A stretch of DNA of 64,000 bases from Raillietiella orientalis. Taxonomy: Eukaryota. The notes under the pieces are model-generated. The model was not told the DNA's origin. It saw only the letters and a list, made by a program, of their open reading frames with translations, and searched no databases. Positions within the stretch are counted from its first letter, which is position 1. Each line of letters begins with the position of its first letter. The translations under genes and the position numbers were made by a program. Shown here piece after piece: positions 11,580 through 25,000 of this stretch. The stretch is from NCBI GenBank assembly GCA_036172245.1, contig JAYWIR010000001.1, positions 10,912,001 through 10,976,000 on the forward strand, read 5' to 3'.

Positions 11580-13090
11580 TTATCACCCGGGTGCGCCGGG
11601 GCGTTTATTGAAAAACTATCCGGGAACAGAATTCCCGGACAAACGATACAGAAGAGACGAAGGGGGTGGGATCCCCGACACGCAGGTCGGTATACAAAAA
11701 GTCCGGAACGCGAGGGAGGGGACCACAAATACACTAGTATAAAAGATAAAAATAAAGATATGGGGAGGGTAGGGGACAGGGGTCTTTGGTACGGCCGGTC
11801 CTTCCTTTCAGAACCGGCGATGGATGCCGGCGATCTCTCTCCTCACGCCCTCCGGTAGATGGGCCCACTTGGCAGCCGACGACATGTTCGCGCTGGCTAA
11901 TCCGGTGGGCTGACGAAGGATGGCCAGCTTCTCCAACTCTCGGTGGGCCTTGTCGATGGCGCGGGTGCAACACACGGTTGCGACGACAGCACCTAAAGAC
12001 AGGCCGCCTGGCGTGAAGAAGCGGCGCATCAAGTCTCTCGCGGTGTCCCCCTGGTGCAGGAGAGCCGAGGGCAGCCTCCGCCACAGTCCTTGGAGGGCAC
12101 CGCAGTCCAGGAGCAGGTGCGGGAGCGTTTCCACTTCCCCGCACCGCTTACAGTTTGGGGAGACAGCTCCCCCGGAAACACGGTTCGTCCGCTGGTTGGA
12201 GTGAAAACCCCAATGCACCAGCATGGTGACGTCCTGTTTCCAAGTTAAAGGGAACACGGAAGTGTTCAAACAGGAGGGAGGGACCACAAGTTCTTCGGGG
12301 GGCACACTCAAGTGTTCACTCCACCGAAGGAGTCCCTTCGGGATGTGGCGAGGCGTGGCGGCGTCTGCCAGCTCGCAAGTCCTCCAGCCTCCTATGGGTC
12401 GTGTTCCTCCTGCGATGGTGCAGACGACCTCCCACCTCGCCGGTTGGCACCTGTCATCTCTTGCCCTGAGGGCTGACAGCGCGTCGGCGAGGGGGGTGAC
12501 GGCCAGGCGAGTCCGCTTCTCCTGGCTGTTGCACACCTCATCCACCGTGCAGTACGGGGAGAGGTGAGCGCAACGGAGTTCCAGAAGGGAAACATCCTGG
12601 TGCTTTGCCCAGGCATGCAACGCCTCCTGCCGCCAGGATTCAAAGTTCGTTGGGCGGCAGGAGATCCATTCCTGGGCTGCCAGGAGCCGGCAGAGGGGCT
12701 TCAACGGGAAACCGAAGCTTCTCGTGGCGCGCTCCGTATGCGGCCGCAGCGACAGAAGTCCATCGCTGCCGGTGCAGCGCCGCAGGAGCAGGCGCGCGGG
12801 AGCGCACCACGGAGTGGACCAAAGGTTGGCGCACAGGGCCAACATTCGAAGCTGCACCTGCAGCTCGATTCTCTCCAGCGTCAGGATGCCTAAGCCAGCA
12901 TCCCGCCGCGGAGCCGCCAAGTCTTTGAGGCGGATCCTGGACCTCGCAGGTCCCCACAGAGCGTTCCTCAACAGGCTGTGCGCTTGGAGCTTGGCCGAGT
13001 GGGGGGGCGGGAAAACAAAAAACAGGGGGCGCAAGAGGGGGGCAAGGAAGGTGTGCCTACCGGGCCGGGCCGAGTCGGGCCGCGTGCAAA
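11580..13090 (-). mobile_element. L1/Tx1-like 3' fragment, copy D (ORF2 C-terminal 408 aa open at 11808..13034, plus 3' UTR)
   Basis: LWG..RIRLKDLAAPRRDAGLGI and PNCKRCGEVETLPHLLLDC; 3' end AATAAAcgccccggcgcacccgggtgataa. Confidence 0.88.
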
Positions 13091-14109
13091 CGGGCGCACC
13101 TCGTGCAGTGATCTCTCACGTGATCTCCTCATCCCTCCTGTGTACATTTGTTTTTCCTTCTTTCATTTGTCAGGCTTCTTCCTCCCATCTCCCTTTTTCA
13201 CTATTTTTGCCCCTAGCAAACAGGTATGCGTGAGCTAACGGCATGAGTCACTGGAGCAATTGATTCGGGCGTTTACGTGAAGCCGTAGCGTGAGACGAAA
13301 CCTTTCTGGGTTGCAAGGAAGTAAAAGTCAGGTACGATGGGATCTCCGAGGACGAGAAGCATCTTCCTGGACCGTGGAGTGACGAGGACATGCCAGCAGG
13401 GCTGCTGTGGGGTAAGAACCGCAGCTGCCACTGCTGCAACTCCAAAGGAAGCCCACTGAACTTTGACCTCGCCAAGCTCCTGAACGCCTACCGACAGGAA
13501 AGGACCGGATACCTTCTTAAGAAATAGGAATGGATCATCCGGATGAAGCGTCTCCTAGCACGCATCCATGCTGCACTCGGCCAGCATCTCCGTGTTGAGA
13601 AAAGAGTCTTTCACGGCAGCCGAAGCACGGGAGGACCTTCGGGCGGGAAGCGGTGCTCGAAAAGAAGCCGTTTGGTCTGCAGCACCTCGACTGGATCTTC
13701 CCCTGCAGCACAGAAAATCCAATCGCATTCCTAGCTGTCGCATCTGCCGTCCGTCCATTCGGAGAAAAACCCCGGCGACGGCCTTTCGGTCCGAGGAAAA
13801 AGGGGAGAGCTGGTTCTGAGCAGCTGCTGCCCCGCATTCTTTATCCGGAATCCGAGCGTCCATTTGAACACCGGTGGACGGTACTTCGACACTCGAAACT
13901 CCCGGGTCACAGGACAGGGAAACCCGAAGATGTCAACAATGTGTGGGCTGTAGACTGGCAAAACGAGAAAGCCGAAGATTTGCTCGAGGATGCGGCAAGG
14001 TCGGAATGGAACGTGCTGGATTCTTTGCTTGGAGAGTTTTCCCGATGAAGAAATGTGACCCCGGCTGGCACTTCCTACCTCGCAGGCGTATGTTTTGTGT
14101 TCCTCGCTG

Positions 14110-14200
14110 ATATCTCCGTGGGACTCGGAACCCATGGGGCACCTAATCTCTCGGCGTCCATCCTCCACGCGGGGATTCGAACCCTCAACGAACTCCTGTT
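14110..14200 (-). repeat. Short fragment of the tRNA-headed dispersed repeat
   Basis: GGGGATTCGAACCC (B box on - strand) with an adjacent segment similar to 37420-37500 and 62820-62900. Confidence 0.55.
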
Positions 14201-16099
14201 TGAGCTCGAGTCTCGCATACGGCTTTGAGATAGGCACGGAACACCAGGAAGGACAACGACGAGGCAAGGGACAGCCTCACCTTCAGAAACTTCGGGTTTG
14301 TGGCACACGGCCCAAGACCTCGGTCTTAGGCACGCTTGGAAACACTCGAGCAACCCTCGTTGTCAGTCAAGCAACCAAACGCCGTTCAGTCCAGTCTCGG
14401 GAGCGGTTGCTTCCGACGTCTTGCGATCCACGGTCCTGCTGGTCACTTCCAGCAAGGCTAGACGAGCGGCGCAGCGCACGGCTTCATTTGCGCACACAGA
14501 GGGCGCGAATGGGAGCGGGGGGAACAGCAGCCTCATGCGCACGCTTGGAGAAATCCACGCATGGAGCCGTGGACTCTCAGTCAGCGCTCAAGCCTAAAGC
14601 GAAGGGCAACCCGCGGGAACCAACCGTAGTGAAGAGGTAGCCGGGAGCTTGCTAGGAGCGAGCGACAAGGATAAGAATTGAAGAGGGGGAGCGAGCAGGA
14701 ACAGGTGGAAGGGAGCCAAGGAGAACTGCACAGGTTCCACGGTTCCAAGCACTGAAGGCAGCAGGACAAGATGGCATTGGCGGAACTCTTCCTGCGTAAA
14801 TATGAGGACGCCATATGCTCAGCTGCGATGACGCAGCTGAGCATATGGCAAGTGTCGGGCAGCGTCAAATCTCAGCTGACTGCAGACAGGGAGACAGAAA
14901 AACGTCACAGTCCTCCGTGTGGATGCAGCGGATCGTTCAACCCGTCTGAACGACTCGTGCTTTGCTTAACAACGGCAGGTTGAGTCTTGAGCAACCTCTG
15001 GTTCTCGGCTTGCGATCTAGCTTTCCGCAGTCAGAACGATGATCTCGGTTCGCGTGCTGGGATGCTGCGGGAAAATCAACATGAGAATCGTAATGTTCCG
15101 CACGCGATGTTTCTCAGCGAAGATATCTCGGAAGAGCAGACCCCCCACGCCAAATCAACCATCACTGATCGCGTTGCACGCACTTTCGTGAACAGCAAAA
15201 CAGTTGGGCTCGGAATGCAACAGACCACACGCAAAACACTTCGCTGATGCAGCCATGGGAGAGTCGCGATTCTCATCCTTTGCTCTTTCCTGAGCAATCA
15301 TCAGACACGCAGGATCGCACCCAAGCCTTCGAGAATCTCGATTGAAACCTGAATTTTTTCCCCCCTGCCAGGAATCGGGAGAATCCCCCCATGTCCTGCG
15401 TCGCACACCTTTCCTATCGAATGTGCGAGGCAGGCGACGACCCACCGCGAATGAATAAGAGGAACTGAGCTTCTCTTTGTTCACTCGTGCTTGAAGGAAT
15501 TTTTCCAGCAGCAGGGATCCTCCGCCTCTCGTGGGTGCGGCGGTGCGGTACAGGTGGGTATCCGTAGCCGATGGCGCCCTTCTCGAGTTCATCAGCTGGA
15601 GCAGGACTCCGCAAGCTTGGGTCCTGGATTCAAGATGGCCGTTCGTCTAGCCGATGCAGAAACGAGCACCCGCTCCGGGAAAAAGGACTCTTTTCCGGCA
15701 GGGGCGACGGTTCCTCCGTTTCGGGTCACGCCGTTTGGCTCCTCGGTTTTTCGGACGGTCCGCAGTCAGCCTGTCTTGAGAATGCGCTACGGCCGCTGTC
15801 CGGAGCGGCTCCTCGTGGGGCGCAGCTCGCCTCCTCCGATCGGATGGTCAGCCTTTCGCGACGGCAGGCCCGGTGGTGGAGCCCTGACCTTGGGCTCAAG
15901 ACGCTCACCTCGCTACGAAAGCGATGAGCCCGTCGTTTTCATCTCGCAAACCGTCTGTCGCGATCTCACAAGGGACCCCGGAAATCAGCTGACGGCGTAA
16001 GTGAGCGGCCTTCGGCTCGGCAGTCGAAGCTTGCCGCCGGCTCTTTGTCGCTGGCGCGAAGCAGGGAGCGAACCCCTGACGCGAAGTCACGTCCGTTTC

Positions 16100-17900
16100 C
16101 CAGTTCAATAGAGTGGTCGCGAGTGGCAGCGGGAAAACGCTCTCTCACCAGACATGGAAGGAGCATACCTTGCCTACACTCTGTATACGGGGCATCCTCC
16201 TCCTCCCACGTACAATCTGTACGCGTCGATCACGAACAAATCTCATTCGAAGCCTGCTTTTTCTCACGGCAACCCATAGGTGCGAGATGAAGGCAGCACC
16301 TGATACTGCAGGCCCACCAATTGGCGGACTCCGAAAGAAAGATGTTCGGAACACCCGTTTCGTTTTCCTGCTATATAGGAGCAGGAGCGAGTCGGGATTC
16401 CTCCACAGAAGAGGAATCGTTCAGCATCCGCTTCCAGCATGCTCGCCGTCCTCCTTGTCTGTGTGGCCCTGTCAGGGTAAGATCTTCGGGTCTTTACTTT
16501 GCAAGACTGTGGCTCGTTCACGTTCTTTCTCCAGGGTTGCCCGCGTGAGCTCGACCAGCCGGTCCACACCCTCCATTTGGGATTCCACGAAGTACTGGTG
16601 AGAACCGCGCTACCTGACTACGCCCGAGGCGACCCCAAACCCCACTTTTCAGCGTCAGTGGTACACCGTCGTCGAGGCAGGCTCTGAGGAGTAAGAATTC
16701 GCTGTCAACGTGGACAGCACGTTCAGTGGTCTCTGGGTTCCGGACATTCAATGCGAAACGCCTTGGTGCAGTAAGCGACACGTCTGGATGAATAGCGGTG
16801 CCTCTTCAATGTGATGTGATCTTCTTCTAGAAACGCACAAGCGATTCGACCCTTCTAAGTCTTCCACATGGAGGGATAGGAAAAAGAGCCTTTCGGAGAT
16901 GGTACTTGGGAGGTACTTAAGCACAAGAGAGGGTGCGGACAACATCGCGGTAGGTGCTACTCTCAGAGTTCCGGCACTCCGACCTTTTAGGTTCGAAATA
17001 TCGATACGACGCTCGCATTCGAAGAGCGAGAGTCGCTCATGGAGTTGTTCACCCTGGAAACCAACAGCTCGTATCTGCATCAGTTCATGGTCGGAGATGG
17101 GATGCTTGGATTGGATCTGCTGAGTCTGCAAGTGGTTGCTGCCGAACCCAAGATTTACGGATTCTCCCTTGGAGAGTAAGGAGAGATGTGAATTCCGGGA
17201 ATAGCGCTTTGCCTCTCCTCCAACCAGGGATTTCGGTTCCAAAGTGACCTTTGGTGGAGTCGACTCCGAAGATTGGAAGAAAGTCCGGCAGTCCGTGTCG
17301 AAACCACTCCTGGATCGGAGTGGGAAGAAGTGGCCCAATATGGCCTCGTTCTCTTTAGAAGGGTAAGGAAGCACCCCTTCAGCTCGTGAGGGTGTCCCAA
17401 GCGACGGACCCTGCGCGCTTACCAGAGACGGTGGCGTGCAGGGAGCCACCCCCGAGTTTGCAAACCGCGTCGCGTGAAGTTTGGACCTTCGGGGGAAATT
17501 TCGTTCCTTCCCAGCATCCGTCTGAAAAACGCACCCTTACACCAAACGATCCCTTCCCCAATTTCTGACTTGCAGGATTTCCTATGGAGGTGAGTCTTTC
17601 GGAATAGGCGACGAAACAAGCGCCGTGATCGACACTGGCTTGAACTTTATGGAAGTACCCGAAGACTTCATGCAATGGTTGCTGGAGTTCATTCCCGCGA
17701 CACCCTCCCCGCCGTTCAACCGTCTGTACAAGGTTGGTGCTTCGCCGATGGCCGTGGCCTTGATGATCACTTGCCACGCATAGATGTCTTGCGACAGCCG
17801 CGATCCTGAGAAACAAAAGGACGTGACCTACTCGTTCGGCAACGGAGTGCAAGTTTCTCTTAACGTCATGGAGTACTCAATCCCGGTAAGCAAAAATTCC
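16100..17900 (-). mobile_element. Highly decayed LINE (CR1/L2/Jockey-like) RT remnant
   Basis: Degenerate RT-order motifs in ORF 16748..17449: RYSRNSHLSLLSK (~YRPISLLS.SK), SDHELMQIRAVGFQGEQL (~V.H..LL.KL..G..G.LL), a GVP..KYLP segment; further along, SWNP..DRL..TRAT. Confidence 0.45.
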
Positions 17901-19028
17901 GATCGGTAGGGTGGCAGCTCCTGCATCTGCGTTCTGCTTGCATGCGCGGAACATCTCTTCTTTACACGGGGGGGTCTCTCGCGCAAGAAGACATCGTGTT
18001 CTCTGAGGACAGCTCAGAGAACAAAACGTTTCGCAGCCTTTGGCTGCTTCAAGCAGTCAGAGGATGCTTGTCTGCCGGGAATCGCTCGAGGCTATTCTCG
18101 GCTGACCAACTGACAAGACTGAAAGGAGGAATCATTCATTCCGTATTATTTTTATGTCATTGTTTCTTCGGCAGGCCTATCCGGGAAGCAATGTCTGCTA
18201 CCTGCTTTTCAACCACGGGCTTCGAAAAGAGACCGAGTCACACTGGACCATTGGAGTGGAACTCATAAGAAAGCTTCTTATAAAATTGGAGCTCTCTAGT
18301 GGCAACGAGGGGAAAGTGACTTTGGCCAACTGAGCACTTTGTGTCATTTTCATCAGCAGTAATACATTTGGATGTGCTATTATTGTGTGCTTTTCTTCGT
18401 GGCGACGCCAAATTTGAGAAGAATCTTTCCGTTGATTTTGATCAAAGCAGCCATGGGTTGGTTGGGTTTTCCGCCACCACACGTCAGCATGCAGATGCTC
18501 GCTTACCGACCTCAGGCAATCCTCGCTAGTCCGAGATCAACTCGCTGTACCCTTAGGAGGGATTCTGCCATTGTCGGCTCACTCGAAGCGCGCGACACAG
18601 TCAGGCGACGGCCGCAGGTTGACCTCATACGCAGTCAGCTTCCTGCAACCGGATGGTGCACAAAATGATGGTCCATGGAAGGAAAGGGATCCCCCATTCC
18701 GTCGACCTCCGACATTTTCCAGACTGCCGCACAAGGTCGAGGAACCGACGTTTGGTTTTCAGACAGAGGATTCGTGGTCGTGCGCACTGCCGGGAGTCCG
18801 ACACATTCCAGGGAACACCGCCAGCAACGCAAGCACCGCTAAGCAGTGTCGAAAAAACTGTTCTTGTGACCGACACGTCCGTTGTTTGTCCCTCATAGCG
18901 CGTTCGTGAGAAACCCGTTGATCTGCGGAGGCACTCCCGTTCCCGAGATCCGTCTCTCCCCTTTCTTTTCTTTTTTTTAAGGCCAGTAACGACCTCAGAA
19001 GTCACCGTCACCATTGGCCTAGGATGAT

Positions 19029-20680
19029 GAACAACCGGTTATGCCAAGTCATTTATTAGATAAAACAATAAAAATACATTGGTGTGGTGGAACTCTAGGT
19101 TCCACCACTTGCAACGAACCTTCCGAAGATCAGTTCGTAGGTTCTGGAGAAATCTGCTTCGAGGAACGGAGGGGGAGGATGGAGGAAGAAATCAGTGTAC
19201 GCTGCTAGACCTCCTCCTCTGCATCCTGTTCAGGATGCTGGCAAGTTCCGTTCGTGCCTCGCCCAGGTGGGGCCATCTCGAGGCGGTCTTCGGGAAGATT
19301 CACGCTCAGTGGATGGAGCGCCTGCCATTTCGGTATCTTCTACCGGCGTTCTAAGCCGCCGTGATCCCGCGAGGACAGCAGAGCACGTCCAGGGACGCGG
19401 GTGGAGGCTGCGCTGTACGCGCGAAGATAAGGCAGCAAATGTCAGGGGTCACCCACCAGGATTCCTAGGATAGTCGCGAAGCGATCTCAAAATGATCGGA
19501 GGGCAACACAGTCTAACAGCAGGTCCGAGAGAGTCTCCTTCTTCCTGCACCTGACCTACTGAGCACCCATCCTCCCCTTGCGTCCAGTGGCAAAGGCGCG
19601 CTTTGCACAGGATTCCCCCATACGCCACCAGCAACGCCCACTCCAGCCACTTGAGGGAAGAGTGCCACTGTTCCCACATGCTGGATGCCAATTCCACTTC
19701 TCCGGGAAGATGCCGAGCAGCTCTCCCCAGCGTAGAAGTCTTTGGAGTGGAACACTTGAGACCGCCGCTTCTGTCCCTTCCCGAGTTGTCCATGCCAACG
19801 ATAGTTTCTTCTTTGCTTCCACGCAGCAAATCTCTTACCAACACCTTGCCAAAATTGTACTGTCCCTTGCGTCCCTTAGAAAGGGCAGCACTGTGTCAAG
19901 CGGAGTGGATGAGGTCCATCTTCTTCTGCGGGTCGAGGACGTCTATGCCTCGTTGCAGGCAGGTGTACTTCGTCTTCCTCGCGCCACGGATCTTTCCCCA
20001 GGCGAAGACCGATTCCTGAAGGCAGGTGGTGCAGTTTGCGGAGAGACAGAAGATGCAGGTTTTCTTCACCAGGGCAACCATCTGGCAAAGTTGGTATCCG
20101 CAACGCCTGAGCAATCTCTCGCGAGCGACGAGGAGGGAGGTGAGTCCCTCGCAGCTGATTGCAATCTTTGCGAGGAGCTGTGTTTTTGCGCATTACAGCG
20201 CGGTCCACGCTCTCGCCGCGAGGCCAGGTCTTATGAACTGGTTCTGACTCTCCATCCTGTCCAGCGAAAGGAGGCCCAGTCCACCATCCTTACGCGGAGC
20301 ACACAAGTCTTTGAGTCTTTGAGTTGGACTCTGTTTCCACAGGGCTTCCCTCAAAAGATCCTCGGCCCCTCTCTGTCTGTCAGGAGGAGCGAGGCAAACT
20401 ACAAGCAGGGAGCGGAGGAGGGCGGCTTCCAGCGAGTTTCACATCTCGGCCAGTCGCGGCGAGCAAAAGCTGCCGTGTGGGAACGGGCCGACCGCCATCT
20501 GTACTTTTTCGAGAAGGACGGACCGGACTTCTGCTATGCGGAAGTCCACCAACGGAACGCGAAGGTACCTGAAGTACCAGCACGTGGAGATTCACAGGTA
20601 GATGCAGTCCGACCATCCACGTTCCACGTCTCATCGACCGGTGCCAATGACGACTTCTCCCTGTTCGCCTGACGACCTGG
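19029..20680 (-). mobile_element. L1/Tx1-like 3' portion, copy E (RT thumb to 3' end)
   Basis: RKDGGLGLLSLDR segment at about 20260-20300; homology to 53385-54800; 3' end AATAAAtgacttggcataaccggttg at 19032-19057. Confidence 0.8.
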
Positions 20681-20699
20681 GCTCGTTCTTCCATTTACG

Positions 20700-21490
20700 G
20701 ATCCAGGTGGGGCCTCCGCGACGCCCTCCTCAGGAATTGGGCGGCGTCCTGGATGGCATCTTTATCGCGTGGTCCTCCCGTAGCCGTGCTCCATGCGGCG
20801 ACGATCCCGCGAAGGCAGCACAATGCTGCTATCGAGGCCGCTGGCTGAAGGACTTCGGCAACGAAGAGGGCTTTCAATGCGTCCCTGGGGTTGCCACAGG
20901 GGATACCGATGGCCGCGGCAAAGAGGAAGCAAATGGGCCGAAAGGCAACACGATTCACTAAGAGGTGGGGGAGGGACTCCCGTTCCCTTCACCTCACACA
21001 GTTGGGATCGACCGCTCTCCAGGTCCAGTGGTGTCGGTGGGCGTTGCAGGGGAGTCCGCAGTGCTGCAATAGTAGAGCCGACTCCTGCCATTTTAAGGGG
21101 AGGGTGGAGTTGTTCATGAGCACCGGGAGCCACTTCAGATGTTCCATGGGAACATCGAGCAGCGCGCCCCAGCGCACAAGTCCATTGGGAGGCGTACTCG
21201 GGGTGGCAGCGTCTGTTAGCTGGCCCGTCTAACACTCTCCAATCTTCTTCTCCTTTCCGGAGATGGTTGCTTTAACCTCCCACTTCGCCGCAACATCGCT
21301 GTCCTGATCTTCCACTAGGGAGGCCAGCGCAGCAGCGAGGGGGGTTCTTCCTGACCACGCTCGCTTCTTCGGATCCTCCAGGATCTCTCGGAGCGTGCTA
21401 CTTCAGAAGTACCCAAACAGGAACCGTCGTTCCTGTTGTGTGCGTTGCATGCCGCACTGTCCCACGTGCGAACGGTTTCCTGCAATTAAA
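20700..21490 (-). mobile_element. L1/Tx1-like ORF2 C-terminal fragment, copy F
   Basis: RWGALLDVPMEHLKWLPVLMNNSTLPLKWQESALLLQHCG..NCVR, nearly the same as copy A (3897..4481). Confidence 0.85.
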
Positions 21491-22979
21491 CACTACCGTT
21501 TGCAGGGCGACAGGTGATCCATCCTGGATTTTTCCGAACCAAGGCAGCCACCCTTACGCAGCTGGAGCCCACATCGGTTGATGCGGCTGCGATGGAGTGC
21601 AAGAAAGGACGTGAGTCCCATCTTCCCGGTGGCTCCAAGCTCCCTTCATTGAGAAAATCGCTTACAGATAATCTAAACAAGGGCTCACAACCCGTCAAAA
21701 GCTGAGTTGCTGAGTTCTTCATTGCCTACACCGGAGCATCGTACCGTACTTCACCAACTTGACTTTTCATAATACGTACTCGCAAAACCCATTGAAATCA
21801 ACGCGAGCTCAACTCTTAGGCATGGAACCGCAACTGCTGGCACTCAATCACACTCCGCAGTGGACGCCAGCCAAAGCATTCTCCTGAGGAACATGAAGGA
21901 CAGTTGGTACCATCAAACCTCTCAAAATTCGTATGTATGGGGCTGCATAGGCTAAGGACACAGGACATGTGCAAATTGTAACAGCCGAACCATGGGCAGA
22001 TATGAAATGGAATGCACTTGCTTCGGTCATATTAGTGACCTCTCCATGAAAAAACATCGGCTTTGCTGTAAACGAAAGCTTCTGATGGAATTAGTCGCTG
22101 CGTTTCCGTACGGAGGAACGAATACGAAAGGCTCGTGGAAGCATAGAAGAAATGCTTTTCAGCTGCCAACACGCCAAGCACGGCATGAAAAATGAACTTC
22201 TTGCAAACCGTTGCTCCGAGCGACCTCAAACGCAACCCAGTTATTGCCCACCTGACGCGGTTTTTGAATCCTTTCTGTGCATCTCGCAAATATGAGCTCC
22301 ATCATCGATCAGAATGCAAACGCGCAGACACCAGCAGACACTTTTTTTTTCCTTTTTGTTGCCTGGCATCAATTTTCCTTACTACTGAATTCCCGAACAC
22401 GGAAGGAATGCGTAAATCCATGCGGCTTGCTGCATGTCTCAAGCATATTACTGTACACATTATATTGTATATCGGAGATCAGATCAGAGCATTCAATAAC
22501 ATCCGATTTACCGATCACGTGATGTGCATTCATAGCGGCCACGTATGTCGTCCCCAGAACGATGGGTGCGTAATATCTTTCGTGGGCGTGTGTTTGCCCA
22601 AGTTGGAGTGAGCTTTGGGGAAACTATGACTTTCTTTTTTTAGCAGAAAATGGAATTCCTTCAACTCACGCAATGCGCCCGCTGATCACACGTGGTTGCA
22701 GCTCTTAACCTCATGTTCGCACCTTCCAAGAGTGAACATTCAAGAGGAAACACCCACGCATATCGCCTCGCACGCTTCGCGCTCCCACGCATCGCCAAGT
22801 CGAGTACACTTCGAAGGAGCATCCTCATTAGTGATGTAGCCACTTCCACGCCAACTATCGTTTCCAAAATGTGATCTCCTCTTCCCTTCCCCCCCCCCCC
22901 TCCCCTCCTGAAGAATGATATCACCCCAACCATGAAGCCTGACAAAATGTCAGAGTTCCTCTCGGAGGATTTGTGCTTC

Positions 22980-23400
22980 CTTACCGTTTGCTCAGGGCAG
23001 GAGCATTCTTCTCGTGAGAAAAGTCTCCTTTACAACCTTGATCTGTCGCCTTGTGGACCACCAGTTGGGCTGCTGGTTCCAACTTGGGGAGGCTGCCCGA
23101 CAAAAAGTGGCAACCGGTGCACGGGTTCCTCCAGCCAAGTATCGGTTACCGGATAGCACGGTCCGAGCAGCGTTCCATGACGACGGACGGACACATTTCT
23201 CTGGCCTGTTCGATGGGGTGAATGCTTAGGTAAGGAAGGCCTGCTGCCTGGCACAAAGTAGCCCAAGGTTCCAACTTGCCTTCATAATCCGGCAGATTTG
23301 GTGATGTGCGTTCCAGGTATCCGAGGACTCGATTGCTGATGGTCATATATAGGCGCGGCCATCTTCCATCTCATCAAATTCTCAGCAGCCTTGCTTATGA
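22980..23400 (-). mobile_element. Decayed LINE (CR1/L2-like) post-RT remnant
   Basis: SNRVLGYLERTSPNL resembles the ANRxLGxLxR motif that follows the RT thumb. Confidence 0.35.
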
Positions 23401-23804
23401 ATTAACAGGTGAGATAGAGGGGATAGAGGATTTCGCCTATCCTAATAATCGGAAGAGGACAGTTTACCATCGTAACGTGAAGCAGCTGCTTGAGAGAAAC
23501 CCTGAATCGCATCCGAGCTCTGTTCGAGTTATGACATCGGAAAAATAAATACGGTGGTGACAAAGCACGTGGTTCGGTGTGGTCACGGTCACTGACACGG
23601 CATAATTCGCTACACCCAGTTCTTACGGGAGACCGTTCGACCTGAAATGATTCCATGTGGATTCCATGTGAGCCACTTTCTGAAAAGTGCGCTGTCCATA
23701 GGTGGTTCCGTTGGTGGAGACGTCACTGGAATACAGCCGTCGTAAACCCCCGACGTCTCTGCATCTGATCGTCATCTGCATCGTCTCTGCCATTCCCTGG
23801 GCGC

Positions 23805-24800
23805 GAATCTTCCTGAGGACCTCCTGGAGGTGCCCCCACCTGGGCACTATCCGGACGGAACTTGCCAGCATCCTGAACAGGATGCCGGAGACGCCTGGCA
23901 ACGTACCGTGATCCCTTCCTCGATTCCCTCCCCCCTCCCCATAGGTGCGGGAAACGGGAGTCCCTCTCTCACCTGCTTATTGACTGTGTTGCCCTCCGAT
24001 TCTTGTGATGCAATATGCAACGGCCCTTGGTGCACCGACAGGGAATCCCAGGGACGTGATGAAGCGCCTCCTTGTTCGACCTCCTCCTCCTGGTTTTACC
24101 CAAGACGGAAACTGACTCCTGCAGCCAGGCTATCCAGTTAGCTGTAGGGCAGGAGATCCTTCAAAGGCAACGATTTTTCAGAGCTGGGAGCCAAGATAGC
24201 TCAAACTTCGCCCGGTGGCCACGAATACCAGAGTCAGAATACCAGAGTCAGTCTTTCGCAACCAGCTGCTCGCTAAACAACAATTCGAGCCGGAGATCAC
24301 CATGCTGTGATCCACAACTTGGATGCAAGGGCGAGTCTTCTGATCTGGAGCTGAGGTTTCATCCTCTCCAGCGTAAGGAGACCCAGTCCACCATCCCTAC
24401 GCGTAGCCACCTCCCTGTCCCCAGAGGGATTTCCTCAAGAGGTCCTTGGTTCGCTTCCTGATGTTGGATGAGACGCGGCATACAAAAAGTAGGAGACGGA
24501 GCAGAGGAACCACAAACTCATTCCACACTGCGGCACGTTCCTGCAAGTAAAACCTTCCAACGCAGAATTCCCCCAAGGGAATTCCAAGGTACTTGAATCA
24601 CCCACCCGTGAGGATCCCCAAGCAAATCCAGTGCGACCGTCTGGGCCTCGTCGCGCCAATAGATGACTTCGCCCTGTTCGCCTCAAGGCCTGCACCCCGA
24701 CTTAGCAACTGGAAGTCCTCGAGTGCGGATGCCGGGGTTGTCATGGGGAGCAGCAGCAAAGATGTGGGCCGACACGACAGGCATACCGGGCGGATCTGAT
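23805..24800. mobile_element. Scrambled L1/Tx1-like fragments, copy G: + strand C-terminus and zf piece (23805-23990), - strand RT/thumb pieces (24050-24800)
   Basis: + strand: WRCPHLGTIRTELASILNRM, then HRCGKRESLSHLLIDC. - strand: KYLG, RRDGGLGLLTLER and WLQESVS, matching 54200-54970. Confidence 0.75.
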
Positions 24801-25000
24801 CTCGCCAACTTTCAGAAAGGGTGGTCCTCAAGACGCTTAGATACTATCAGAATGATCTTTCTAAGAGTCTCCCTTTCTGAAAGTATTGGTCTTGGTCATG
24901 GATCTTTTCAGTCCACAAGACTTTCAGAAAGGGAGGCCAAATTCTTTTCAACATCCAATGCGGCATTCGTTGCTCAGAGGGTTTGATCATTGTCTTGATT

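Noticed and set aside
13250-16100. Coding-looking GC-rich sequence
   Set aside because: No motif I can assign; probably decayed retroelement, left unannotated.
19578-20672. 364-aa + strand ORF
   Set aside because: Antisense shadow of minus-strand Tx1-like copy E; no recognisable motifs of its own.
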